64,000 nt of DNA, taken from the human T2T-CHM13v2.0 reference genome, Homo sapiens. The stretch lies in assembly GCF_009914755.1 (NCBI RefSeq), contig NC_060925.1; one strand, 5' to 3'. Below are positions 17,335 to 40,376 of the stretch, one piece after another. Numbering within the stretch: the stretch's first letter is position 1; each line of letters starts with the position of its first letter. The position numbers were made by a program, and so were the translations under genes. A model generated the notes under the pieces. That model was not told where the DNA came from. It saw only the letters and a list, made by a program, of their open reading frames with translations, and made no database searches.

Positions 17335-19436
17335 TTAAAAATAGTCAACCACTTAGACGAGTAGAAGATAAAACCTAACTGTTTACAGAGATGATGTCTG
17401 GTAAATAAGCTGATTTGCCCTGAAGAAAGGCTCAGGAATGGTATGTACCAGGTACCTCAGGAGGCAGAGGTAAGGCAGGGGGCTGAAAATAGGAGATTTT
17501 TTTTTTTTAATCCACAAGGAACCTCCCAGTTCCCAAATTCCATCTTCACACAGTGAAGCAACTAACCTTCCTCTTAACCTTCTTACGAGAAAAAAGGTAT
17601 GTATTCTAGAGATGTTGAAATAAATATTTCAGGCTCATGAAAATTAGTCCCATAGGAGGATAAGAGTGAACTGTTGGACTGAAAATAAGGCTAAGTCAGC
17701 ATTCTGAAAGGTGAGATCCACAGTCCCTATTCCCATCCAACTCTAGAACACTAGTGGACAAGCAGGAACCTTTAAAAATCCTTTTTTTTTCCCCTAAAGC
17801 TGAAAATAACTTCATACACTGACACTTGGATGTTCCCAAAGAAAAAAGCGAATCAAACAATAACCTTAAGAGATAATACAGCCCTCTGTTTGATAATTCC
17901 AGCCCATGTCCTCTGAGCTTCTAAGTAATTTTTCAGTACATACTCTTAAATGTGAATAGATAATAAAAGCACCAGACATTTGAGGAAAGCCTAGCACATG
18001 AAAGACAGACAAAAACAAACAAAAGGGGGTCGTAGGAGGAAGGGTAGAATGCAGGACAGGCACCATGCTAATTCTTATACTTACTATTTACTGTTGATAT
18101 TATTCAGTCTTGATAACATTCTGTAACTTATTATTCCCATCTTCTAGATGAGGAAATGACACAGGATTAAGTAAATTATTCAGTCACACAGCTAATTTTG
18201 TGGTAAAGACAGGAAAGGAATCCAAGGCTACCTGACCCCAATACCTGGGCTTTTAACCATAAGCATTACCATTCCCTTTAGGACTTATCTTCACATACAA
18301 ACACCTCGATTTCATAATAATGATGCCTCTTTCTTGTGGCACTACCCTCCTCCTAATGGACAAGTTGAAAGTGCTTTCTCAGAGTTCTAGAGCCCCACTT
18401 CCTCAGGAGCCTCAATGTAAAATGAACCTCTCTAAACGTAGAAACAAAGATCTTCAAACTGTTCACAGCATAATAATTTCCCATATGACATACTCCCTGA
18501 CAGGTTGCAAAGGTCTTGACAAATGAAAGGAGAGGAGCACTAACAAATCATAGATTGGAAAGAGAATGGAAGCCTTCATATTACTTCTCCTAGAAGACTT
18601 AGGGAAACATAGAAATGAAGTTTTAATAATCAAATGCTGCTGAGAATAGTAATTATTAGCAAAGGACAGAATTAATGTCAATAAGTAAGTAAAGACAGTA
18701 TCTATCCTATCCATTCATGGATTAGAAGCAAAAGACAGAAATAAAAAGCAGATAGATCAAAGGAAATTAAAGATAAGGAGAAATGAACCAAGCTGTAGTT
18801 TTAATTTTTAATTAGCCAAGTCCTAGGTAACTGGCAATGAGAGAAAGTTTCTGCCAGATGAATCGTGATAACTACAATGTCCCGAATCTATCACCCTAAG
18901 AGAATCAGCTATCAAAAAAGACAAGGAAAGGAGGAAGAAAGAACAGTGAAAGATGATGGCTTATGCTTGGGTAAACAGCAAAACTTAAAATCCAAACTAT
19001 TTTTAAAAAGTATTCTCATCAATGCATTCAAAAGGTTTTGGTTCCAGATGGGCTAGAGTAGCTTGCAGAAGACTAACTCTTGCTGAGAACAAATTGAAAA
19101 GCTGAAAGATACACTGCAATCATCTATTTGCAGGCTCAGAAAAGCTTCTTCACAGAGGCAACAAGAACAAGATGGTATAAGATCCTGAAATCGAGAGAAC
19201 TTAAAGAGGAAGCTGACTTCTGCTAGGGACTTTTTAATTCCGAGCAAGAACTTGAAAATACAGGCTTTGCATCAACAGAACCAACAAATAAAAATAGAAA
19301 CCAGCAGAGATTTTTGCAGCAATCAGAGGGCCTCAAACATAATGCCAGATTTTTTGCCAAGCAACATTTGCTAAATTCAATGTATTAATGTATTCATTGA
19401 GTCAGATAACTAAAAAGCTTAATTTAGTTAGAAGCC

Positions 19437-19586
19437 AAGGAAAGGAAAAAGGAAAGGAAAAGAAAGGAAAAAGGAAAGGAAAAGGGAAAGGAAAAAGGAA
19501 AGGAAAGGAAAGGAAAGGAAAGGAAAGGAAAGGAAAGGAAAGGAAAGGAAAGGAAAGGAAAGGAAAGGAAAGGAAAAGAAAGAAAA
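19437..19586 (+). repeat. 150-nt pure purine tract containing (AAAGG)16
   Basis: Perfect AAAGG units at 19494-19573 with variant units 5' of them. Confidence 0.95.
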
Positions 19587-20048
19587 CCAACATAGTTTTT
19601 GGCAGTTTTACAAAACAAAATTACACATCAGGACCAGCCAGGGTTAAGACCTCAGACTAAACACCAGAATCTAAGGTGAAATAAAAAGGTAAGTCACACA
19701 CTGGGAGAAAATGTTCGCAATACATTTATCTGATGAACCTCAGAGGCATTAAGCTGAGAGAAAAAAGCCATACTCAAAACAGTGCATGCTGTATGACTTC
19801 ATTTACATGAAGTCCAATAACAGGCAAACGTAATCTACAATAATAGAAATCAGACCTATGGTTTCACACAGGACATTAAGAATGATTGAGACTATGAAGA
19901 AACCTTTCTGGCCTCAAGTGATCTGCCCACCTCAGCCTCCCAAAGTGCTAGGATTACAGGAGTGGGCCACCACACCCTGCCTATATAATTATTAAAACTC
20001 ATCAAATTGTCCACTTACAAAGAGTACATTTCACTGAATGTAAATTTC

Positions 20049-20839
20049 TTTTTTTTTTTTTTTAATTTTTTTTTTTTAATTATACTCTAAGTTTTAGGGT
20101 ACATGTGCACATTGTGCAGGTTAGTTACATATGTATACATGTGCCATGCTGGTGTGCTGCACCCACTAACGTGTCATCTAGCATTAGGTATATCTCCCAA
20201 TGCTATCCCTCCCCCCTCCCCCGACCCCACCACAGTCCCCAGAGTGTGATATTCCCCTTCCTGTGTCCATGTGATCTCATTGTTCAATTCCCACCTATGA
20301 GTGAGAATATGCGGTGTTTGGTTTTTTGTTCTTGCGATAGTTTACTGAGAATGATGGTTTCCAATTTCATCCATGTCCCTACAAAGGACATGAACTCATC
20401 ATTTTTTATGGCTGCATAGTATTCCATGGTGTATATGTGCCACATTTTCTTAATCCAGTCTATCATTGTTGGACATTTGGGTTGGTTCCAAGTCTTTGCT
20501 ATTGTGAATAGTGCCGCAATAAACATACGTGTGCATGTGTCTTTATAGCAGCATGATTTATAGTCCTTTGGGTATATACCCAGTAATGGGATGGCTGGGT
20601 CAAATGGTATTTCTAGTTCTAGATCCCTGAGGAATCGCCACACTGACTTCCACAATGGTTGAACTAGTTTACAGTCCCACCAACAGTGTAAAAGTGTTCC
20701 TATTTCTCCACATCCTCTCCAGCACCTGTTGTTTCCTGACTTTTTAATGATTGCCATTCTAACTGGTGTGAGATGATATCTCATAGTGGTTTTGATTTGC
20801 ATTTCTCTGATGGCCAGTGATGATGAGCATTTCTTCATG
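20049..20839 (-). mobile_element. 5'-truncated L1Hs, pre-Ta (ACG/G), inserted in an old L1ME fragment
   Basis: 18-bp TSD TCACTGAATGTAAATTTC (20031-20048, 20840-20857); GATGACACGTTAG (ACG at 20170-20172) and CTTAGAGTATA (G at 20087); intact ORF2 C-terminus. Confidence 0.92.
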
Positions 20840-21332
20840 TCACTGAATGTAAATTTCACATAAACCAAAACTTTTTAATTATAAGGAACAAAATAAATGA
20901 ACTTTTACTCATCAATAAAGGCAGAATAAAAAAATTATGAAGTGTCAGGAATGTTATTTCCTTAATAATTTTGTTTTATACTCTTTAACAAAATGTTTTT
21001 AAATACCCAACAGATAGGTTTACCACTAATTCTAACTCCTAAATGAAAAACATGCAAATAATGAAAAATCAAAACAAATAAATTTCCAGATAAACAAAAG
21101 CTGAGAGAATTTCTCACCAACAGATCTGCATATAAAAAACAGTAACGGTTTTCATGCTGGAGGGAAATGATACTAGATGGAACTGCTAATCTACACAAAG
21201 AGCATCAGAAATAGTAAATGTAAGACTTTTTTTATTATTTCTTATATTCTTTAAAAAACAATTCTAAGCAAAAATCACAGAATGAATTATAAGCTATATA
21301 ACACGTATAAGTAAAATACATGAAAAGAATAA

Positions 21333-21646
<314 letters not shown>

Positions 21647-21893
21647 GAAGAATATTCTTATAAAGTTCTTATACATGAAGTAGTATAAAGCAATTAAGAG
21701 GAACTGTGATAAGTAAACCATGTATGTTGTAATCTCTAGAACAAGGGTGGGAAAAAAGAAATGTAAGAAGTATAGCAAAGATGAGATCTGCTGGTTTCAT
21801 ACTGTATCAACTCACCTAAACTGAAACTAAATTCCTGAAAATTCCTTCCCTGAGTGGTCTGAGGTCAGGAATGGCCATAACAAAACATGTGCA

Positions 21894-22191
21894 GGCCAGG
21901 CAGTGGCTCACACCTGTAATCCCAACACTTTGGGAGGCTGAGTCAGGTGGACTACCTGAGGTCAGGAGTTCGGGACCAGCCCAGCCAACATGGTGAAACC
22001 CTGTCTCTACTAAAAATACAAAAAGTTAGCTGGGTGTGGTGGCACTCGCCTGTAGTCCCAGCTACTCGGGAGGCTGAGGCAGGAGAATCGCTTGAGCCTG
22101 GGGGGCAGAGGGTTGCAGTGAGCCAAGATCGCGCCACCACACTCCAGCCTGGGTGAAAGAGCAAGACTCTGTCTCAAAAAAAAAAAAAAAA
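21894..22191 (+). mobile_element. AluS
   Basis: Alu consensus. Confidence 0.9.
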
Positions 22192-22359
22192 GTAAAGAAA
22201 GAAAATATGCTTTGGAAGGTGGAAGAAAAACAGCAGGCATTACTGCTCCCAAAAAGTGTAGGTACAGCCCCAAGTACTACTGCAGATGACAGACATTGTC
22301 CCTGATTGCCTGGCTCATGTCACTGATACGTGGCAGATGCACCCAAGATTCCTCTAAAT

Positions 22360-22975
22360 CCAGGCCAATTTTCCTCATGAACATAGATGCAAAAATCCTT
22401 AACAAAATATTAGCAAATCAAATCCAGGATTATGTAAAAAGGATAACAAATCATGACCAACTGAGGTTGCTCCCAGCAATGCAAGGTTGGTTTAACATTC
22501 AGAAATCAGTATAATTTACCATATTAACAGAACAAAGGAGAAAATCTATATCACCATCTCACTAGAATATTCAAAAAAATTAATAAACATTCATAATAAA
22601 AACTCTTAGCAAACTAAGAATAGAAAGCAATTTCCTTTATCAGCAGAAGGACATCTATGAAAAACCTATAGCTAACACCATACTTAATAGTGAAAGACTG
22701 AATATTTATCCCTAAGATTAGGAAAAAGGTAAGAATGTAAAGAATGTTTGCTGTCACCACTTCTATTCAACCTCTATTGTACTAGAGGTCCTATCACAGG
22801 CAATAAAGTAAGAAAAAGAAAGAAAAAGTCATAAAAATTGGAAAGAATTATAGCTATCTTTTATCACAGACAAATGATTATATATAGAAAACCCTGCATT
22901 CTTTACATTAAAAACCTCTAGAAGAAATAAGTAAATGTATACAGTAACAAAATACATCTATGACAAAAGCCCACT
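22360..22975 (+). mobile_element. L1M ORF2 fragment
   Basis: [22 protein letters not shown]...QGWFNI. Confidence 0.85.
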
Positions 22976-23013
22976 GTGTCCCCCAAAAAATCAAACATAC
23001 AATTACCATATGA

Positions 23014-28604
<5,591 letters not shown>

Positions 28605-29150
28605 AATTACCGTATGATCCAGTAACTGCACTTGTGGTTATGTACCCAAAAGACTTTTAAGGAAGCAAGGAGTCAAGACATATTTATCCACCCATGTTCA
28701 TAGTACCATTGTTGACAATATCCAAAATGTATAAACAACTCAAATGTCCATCCATAAATAAAGAACATGTAGTATGTTCACACAACAGAGTATTGTTGCT
28801 CCTTAAAAAGGCAAGAAATTCTGACACATGCTATAAAACGGATGTAACTTAAAAATACTATGTTAAGTGAAACAAGCCAGACATAAAAGAACAAACACTA
28901 AATAATTCCACGTCTATAAGTACTCAAACTCACAGAAGCAGAAAGGGGAATGGGGAGTTAATGTTTAGAAGCAGAAAGGGGAATAGGGAGTTAACGTTTA
29001 ATCAATAGAGTTTGGGAAGATGAAAACGTTCTAGAGATGAGTGGTGGTGATGCCACATAACAATGTGAGGGTACTTAATACCACTGAACTGTATGTTTAA
29101 AATGGCAAAAAGGGTAAATTTTATGTTATGTATATTTTACCAGAATTTTT
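28605..29150 (+). mobile_element. L1MB 3' end with a 33-bp internal tandem duplication (28934-28999)
   Basis: L1MB 3' motifs. Confidence 0.75.
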
Positions 29151-29171
29151 TTTTTAAAGCTTACTGCATGG

Positions 29172-29428
29172 GGACCAAGCGTGGTGGCTCACACCTGTAA
29201 TCCCAGCACTTTGGGAGGCCGAGGCGGGTGGGTCACTTGAGGTCAGGAGTTCGAGACCAGCCTAGCCAACATGTTGAAACCCCGTTTCTACTAAAATGAC
29301 AAAAAATGAGCCGGGCATGGTGGCATGTGCCTGTAGTCCCAGCTACTTGGGAGGCTGAGGTTGCAGTGAGCCAAGATGGCACTCTGCCTGGGCGGCAGAG
29401 TGAGACCCTGTCTCCAAAAAAAATAAAA
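29172..29428 (+). mobile_element. AluS with right-arm deletion
   Basis: TSD AAAGCTTACTG. Confidence 0.88.
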
Positions 29429-29609
29429 GCTTACTGTGTGGTTTCATATACATAAAGTTTTAAAACTGGCAAAACTAACATATGTGTAATGTCAGAAGTC
29501 AATGTACTAAGTTATGCTGAAAGGTGAGGGGTAATTGAATGGAAGAAGGAGGCTTCTGGAACTCTGATTATATTCTTCTTTTTCATTTGTTTAAACAAAT
29601 TTTTTTTCT

Positions 29610-29755
29610 TACAATTCTGAGACTAGAAATCCAATATCAAGGTGTCAGCAGTTTGCGTGTCTTCTGGGGCCTCTCTTCTTGGCTTGTTGATGGCTGTCTC
29701 CTCCCTGTGTTCACATTGTTCTTCCTTGTGTCTCTATGTGCCCTAATCTCCTCTT
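29610..29755 (-). mobile_element. MLT1 (MaLR) LTR fragment within L1ME
   Basis: ttctgagactagaaatccaatatcaaggtgtcagca...ctaatctcctct. Confidence 0.65.
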
Positions 29756-30368
29756 TTTCTTTTTTCTACTCGTTACATATTCTGTTCTTTTAACCAAAGA
29801 GTTGTTTATATGGATGTGTTCATGTTGTGCAAATTCAAACTATACTGTTAGGATTTGTGTTCTTTGCTGAGTATTATGCCCTCATAAAGTTTAGAATTTT
29901 CATTTGCTTCAGTTAATGACAGACTGTGATTTTGCTGAGGTGAGGATCTGGATGATGTTCACAGCCAGACTGGTTTTCAGGAACAAGTCACCTGCCTAGT
30001 AAGTGAGCCCTGCTTGAGTCCAACATCCATGCTATGGTGCACTTTTACTGCATGCTCTCTGTCTTTGGCACACAGACGACAATTTTTCTGAAATGGCAAA
30101 AATATTGGTTCTATTTCAAAAGTGGCCTCAAAATGAAAGTCAACTTCTACTATAAATAATAGAATGGAAAAGTCTAAGAAAGTAATATGAAAGTCTCTTG
30201 AGTATATGGAGAAAAGAACGTCAAGAATCTATACCTTTGTTTAAAAGATTTATTCTACATGTCAAAGCATTTCCAAAGCCCAGCTGCTTTTAGTCTCAGC
30301 GGCATTAATTCTTTAGAATAAAAATATCACACTTAAAAGAAAATAGGTGTTCTGTATTTAAAAACTGA

Positions 30369-30983
<615 letters not shown>

Positions 30984-32249
30984 CTGGGAAGGCTAGCAAA
31001 ATGATTCTTTTTTTAATCAAAATAAAAAATGTTTTGAATTATTAGGAAATGATGTGTTTAATAATACTCTCAAAGTATATCCCACAATATTTAATAGAGT
31101 TTTATTAACAGAATTAAAACAGAAAGTTCTTTCATCATTCATACAATTTATACATAGGAAAGCAGAAGGAGTGGGCTCCCAAAACAGTGCTATTTAAGTT
31201 CTACATTGAGTACTAGTATATAAATTTTATCCTGGATAGTTTTAAAAAATGATACTTGAGCAAGAATTAATGCATGTTTTATGAATATATGTGAACTAAA
31301 AGATCTTTGGTTGATAAAATTGTATTCAGATCCCTTCAAAAAAATAAAAATTTCCCTAAATTTTACACACTGTTTATATTATATCTTTTGGTAACAAAAA
31401 CTAGAGAATAGATTCATTGTAAGAGCTTACATTATCTTTTCTATCCACAAGAGGGAGCAAACATTTAACACATCTTGGGAATTTCATTACATGCTAGTTT
31501 TCACACAAGACTTTCAGGAAATAATAAAACTGCCAAAAATATTCATTGAATGTCTATCATGTGCCAGGCATAGTGTTAGGGTCTGGAAATATAGTGGGAA
31601 AAAGATGTGGCTCCTGCCCCCACGATTCACAATTATTCAGGTAACAAAGTACATCTAAAGATTTATAAGATTATTTAAAGGAACACAAACCATACTTAGC
31701 TTTTTTATAATTATTATAAGCTATAACTTATAAGTATTCTGTCTTACCAGAAGCTACAAATATAATGTAACGCTATACAAATTGTCAGTAATTTACAGTC
31801 TACAACTCTTAAAAAGCAAATAACATATATTAGGCAATTTATCGCATAAAGAATTAAGCACCAAGATGCAAATACCTTCTTTTTTCCAAGTAGACTCCAA
31901 TGATCTATGCCACTCATTTTTTTCATTTAGCTTAACCAAAATGTTAGCAAATTAACATTTATTTAGGGTAATCTGGGGGTGTAGTTAACAAAGCATTTCA
32001 AGAGAGGGATATCTTTGAAATGTACTGATAAGTAGTAAAATCATAATGCCAAAGTGGGAAATTCTCAATTACAGCCTGTTAATGACATTTTAATACATCT
32101 TGGTTCTTTTGTTTTAAAGAAGAATGGATTCCAAAAGGGCATAATGAGCTAAGCAGGTGACCTCAGGAGAGTTCTTCCAAGTAGGTGTGTTTATACAGCA
32201 GCAAAGTTTAGGGTACAGTACTATTCAGGAAGGTATATTGGCAGGAAAC

Positions 32250-32720
32250 AATGTGTAGTGGAAAAAAAGCTCTGACTCAAAGCACAACTAGCTTCAAATG
32301 CAGTTTTACCATTTAACTAGCCCTGTGACTTTAGTTATTAACCTCTCTGAGTCTCAGTGTTCTCACTCATACAATGGTAATAACAACAATCTTGCAAAGC
32401 TGCTGTAAGGATTAATAATAATGCAGGTGGCCAGGCACAGTGGCTCAAGCCTGTAATCCCAGCACTTTGGGAGGCCAAGGCGGGTGGATCACGAGGTCAG
32501 GAGATCGAGACCATCCTGGCTAACACAGTGAAACCCCGTCTCTACTAAAAATACAAAAAATTAGCCAGGCATGGTGGCGGGTGCCTGTAGTCCCAGCTAC
32601 TCGGGAGGTGGAGCTTGCAATGAGCCGAGATCGTGCCACTGCACTCCAGCCTGGGAGACAGCAAGACTCCGTCTCAAAAAAGAAAAAAAAGTAGGTAAAG
32701 CACCAAATAGCCCAATTTTA
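32250..32720 (+). mobile_element. AluY-like element with internal deletion (32429-32690) inserted in a MIR
   Basis: gagatcgagaccatcctggctaacac diagnostic; MIR core upstream. Confidence 0.85.
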
Positions 32721-33460
32721 CAATAAGAAAACTAAAGAAGGCAATATAACTTAACTAGGGTTAGAAAGCAGAAAAACTGTGTGCCAGAACTTCTTTATTT
32801 TTAGTAATACTCCTTAACTTGAAGTCTTAGTCTAACATTATTAATTAATTACAGCAGATTTGTTATGATTAGTGTCTACATGATATATTGTTTGTCCATC
32901 CTTTTATTTACAACCTAGAGAAGCATCTTTATATTCCAGATGCTTCTCTTATACGAAATATAGATCAATATTTAATTTTCATCCAACCTGATGGTCTCTA
33001 CCTTTTGATTACTATTTACCCTATTTACATTTAATGTAATTACTGATATGGCAGTAGTTTACTGTAAGTTTACTATCTTGGTTCTCAGTTTACTATCTTG
33101 GTTCTTTTATTTTGTTTTCAATCTGTTCCAATTGTTTTTCTTATTGTTATAGTTTCTTATCTGCATTGTTTATACTTTCTTATTGTTATACTTTCTTATC
33201 TGCATTCTTTAGGGTTGAGCATATGTATTAGTTTGTTTTCACGCTGCTGATAAAGACACACCCAAAACTGGAAACAAAAAGAGGTTTAATTGGACTTACA
33301 GTTCCACATAGCTGGGGAAGCCTCAGAATCATGACAGGAGGTGAAAGGCACTTCTTACATGGTGGCAGTGAGAGAAAAATGAGGAAGAAGCAAAAGCAGA
33401 AATCCCTGATAAACCTATCAGATCTCAAGAGACTTATTCACTATCACAAGAATAGCACGT

Positions 33461-33763
33461 GGGTGGGCGCAGTGACTCACACCTGTAATCCCAGCACTTT
33501 AGGAGGCTGAGGCGGGTGGATCACGAGATCAGCAGGTTGAGACCATCCTAGCTAACACAGTGAAACCCCATCTCTACTAAAAATACAACAACAACAAAAA
33601 AATTAGCCAGGCATAGAGGCAGGCGCCTGTAGTCCCAGCTACTCAGGAGGCTGAAGCAGTATGGCGTGAACCAGGGAGGCAGAGCTTGAAGTAAGCCGAG
33701 ATCGTGCCACTGCACTCCAGCCTGGGTGACAGAGCAAGACTCTGTCTCAAAAATAAATAAATA

Positions 33764-33808
<45 letters not shown>
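33461..33808 (+). mobile_element. AluY-like element in the THE1C 3'LTR, with (AAT)n tail
   Basis: TSD AATAGCAC(G/A)TG. Confidence 0.9.
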
Positions 33809-33809
<1 letters not shown>

Positions 33810-33976
33810 GCACATGAAAGACTGACTCCCATGATTCAATTACCTCCCCCCAGGTCCCTCCCACAACATGTGGCAATTCTGGGAATAATAATAATAATAA
33901 TAGCACATGAAAGACTGACTCCCATGATTCAATTACCTCCCCCCGGGTCCCTCCCACAACATGTGGCAATTCTGGG
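33791..33976. repeat. 93-bp tandem duplication
   Basis: 33791-33883 vs 33884-33976, one mismatch. Confidence 0.93.
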
Positions 33977-35939
33977 AGACGAAAATTCAAGTTGAGATTT
34001 GGATGGGGACACAGCCAACCATATCATTCCACCCATGGCCCCTCCAAATCTCATGTCCTCACATGTCAAAACCAATCATGCCTTCCCAATAGTCCCCCAA
34101 AGCCGTAACTCATTTCAGCATTAACCCAAAAGTCCACAGTCCAAAGTCTCATCTGAGACAAGGCAAGTCCCTTCCACCTATGAGCCTCTAAAATCAAAAG
34201 CAAGCTAGTTATTTCCCAGATAAAATGAGGGTACAGGTATTGGGTAAACACAGCCATTCTACATGGGAGAAATTAGCCAAAACAAAGGGGTTACAGGGCC
34301 CATTCAAGTGTGAAATCCAGCGGGGCAGTTAAATTTTAAAGCGCCAAAATGATCTCCTTTGACTCCAGGTCTCACATTCAGGTCACACGGATGCAAAAGG
34401 TGGGTTCCCATGGTCTTGGGCAGCTCCGCGCCTGTGGCTTTGCAGGGTACAGCCTCCCTTCTAGGTGCTTTCACAGGCTGGCACTGAGTGTCTGCAGCTT
34501 TTCCAGGCACAGGGTGAAGCTGTTGGTGGATCTGCCATTCTGGGATCTGGAGGATGGTGGCCCTCTTCTCACAGCTCCACTAGGCAGTGACCTAGCAGGG
34601 ACTCTGTGTGGAGGCTCTGACCCCACATTTCCCTTCCCCACTGCCCTAGCAAAGGTTCTCCACGAGAGCCCCACCCCTGCAGCAAACTTTTGCCAGGGTA
34701 TCCAGGCATTTCCGTACATCTTCTGAAATCGAGGCAGAAGTTCTCAAACCTCGATTCTTGACTTCTGTGCACCCGGAGGCTCAACACCATGTGGAAGCTG
34801 CCAAGGCTTGGGGCTTCTACCCTCTCAAGCCATAGCCCAAGCTCTATGTTGGCCCATTTCAGCCATGGCTGGAGCGGCTGGGACACAGGGCACCAAGTTC
34901 CTAGGCTGCACACAGTACTCCTGGGTCCGGCCCACAAAACCACTTTTCCTCCTGGGCCTCCGTGCCTATGATGAGAGGGGCTGCTGTGAAAGTCTCTGAC
35001 ATGACCTGGAGACATTTTCCCCAGGTAACATTAGGCTCCTTGCTACTTATGCAAATTTCTGCAGCCAACTTGAATTTCTCCTCAAAAAATGGGTCTTTTC
35101 TACTGCGTCAGGCTGCAAATTTTCTGAACTTTTATGCTCTTTTGTCCTTTTAAAATGGAGTGCTTTTAACAGTACCCAAGTCACCTTTTGAATGCCTTGC
35201 TGCTTAGAAGTGTTTTCTGCCAGATACCCTAAATCATCTCCCTCAAGTTCAAAGTTCCACAAATCTTTAGGGCAGGGGCACAATGCCACCAGTCTCTTTG
35301 CTTAAAACATAACAAGAGTCACCTTTGCTCCAGTTGCCAACAAGTTCCTCATCTCCATCTGAGACCACCTCAGCCTGGACCTTATTGTTCATATCACTAA
35401 TAGTATTTTTGTCAAAGCCATTCGACAAGTCTCTAGGAGGTTCCAAACTTTCCCATATTTTCCTGCCTTCTTCTGAGCCCTCCAAACTGTTTCAACCTCT
35501 GCCTGTTACCCAGTTCCAACGTCGCATCCAAATTTTCCAGTACCTTTTCGGCAACGCCCCACTGTACTGATATCAATTTACTGTATTAGTTTGTTTTCAT
35601 GCTGCTGATACAGACACATCCAAAACAGGGAACAAAAAGAGGTTTAATTCGATTTACAGTTCCACATGGCTGGGGAGACCTCAGAATCATTGAGAATCAT
35701 GACAGAAGTTTTACATGGCAACGGCAAGAGAAAAATGAGAAGGAAGCAAAAGTGGAAACCCCTGATAAACCCATCAGATCTTGTGAGACTTATTCACTAT
35801 CACGAGAATAGCAAGGGAAAGACCAGGCCCCATGATTCATTTATCTCCTCCTGGGTCCCTCCCACAACACGTGGGACTTCTGGGAGATACAATTCAAGTT
35901 GAGATTTGGGTAGGGACACAGCCAAACCATATCAGCATA

Positions 35940-36950
<1,011 letters not shown>

Positions 36951-36959
36951 AACTAACTG

Positions 36960-39500
<2,541 letters not shown>

Positions 39501-40376
39501 GTTGTATTTTGCCCTATGACATATCTAATATTATTAGTTTAAAGTACTACATGAGTATACCCATTTTAACCACTGGAGCCAAGTTCTATATTCCTTTATT
39601 GTTATTCTGCACTACAATTATTTACAAGGATTTTAAGAAAAATGCCCCTATCTTAATTTTTGTATCTCTTCTTCCTCTTCCTAATCCCTATTCACCTGTA
39701 CCTAGTATAATGCCTGCCACAGAGCAGATAATCGAAAAATCTTTGTCAAGTGAGTGAAAATATGAATAAAAACCATGTCGGGTAATATGTATTTCTCTGT
39801 ATTTCTTACATCCTTGCATCACAAGACATGTGAGGTCATTTAAATATCTGTTGAATAAATTAATGCCTGGTATACCCTCAGTACATACTGATTTAAAGCA
39901 GTAAGAATTAAAGACACTGTTTTTTTATTAGGCACAATCGCTTATACTGACAAAACTCCATGATATACCCATCTGTCTTCTCTGACCACAATGCCAACCA
40001 TACCACTAAGAATATTCTGAGTAAATGTCTGGTTAGGCAAGCTCAGAACATCCTATCTGACATTACTATAGCAATTGTGGAAAATAACTAAAAGCCAGGA
40101 CTCTACAGTTTCACACATTTCCCATGGGTAACAAATAGCAACTGCAAGACAGACGTTCCCTGGCCAGGAGGGAGCTCCTTGCCACTACCTTCATAAAGGT
40201 CTCCTAAAAACTCAGTAGGAATGTATATGAAACTGAGTCCTAGGACCAGCTATGTATGTCACCAGTACCCTTTCATCAAAAGATGGCTCTGTATCCATTA
40301 TTAACTCAGGGTACCCCCAGGATCCATCCCCTGGAAATGCTATGGCTCTGCTATAAACATACACAATCTGCATAGA

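Larger units (their letters stand above)
33224..35934 (-). mobile_element. Complete THE1C (MaLR) provirus: 3'LTR 33224-34026, internal 34027-35581, 5'LTR 35582-35934
   Basis: Two THE1C-like LTRs with TG...CA ends; 5-bp TSD GCATA (33219-33223, 35935-35939); THE1-int ORF remnants. Confidence 0.92.

Noticed and set aside
19388-19660. KGKERKGKER / FPFLS repeat ORFs
   Set aside because: Translation of the AAAGG microsatellite.
21785-22350. Possible ERVL-type LTR fragment split by the Alu at 21894
   Set aside because: Resemblance too weak to assign a family or boundaries.
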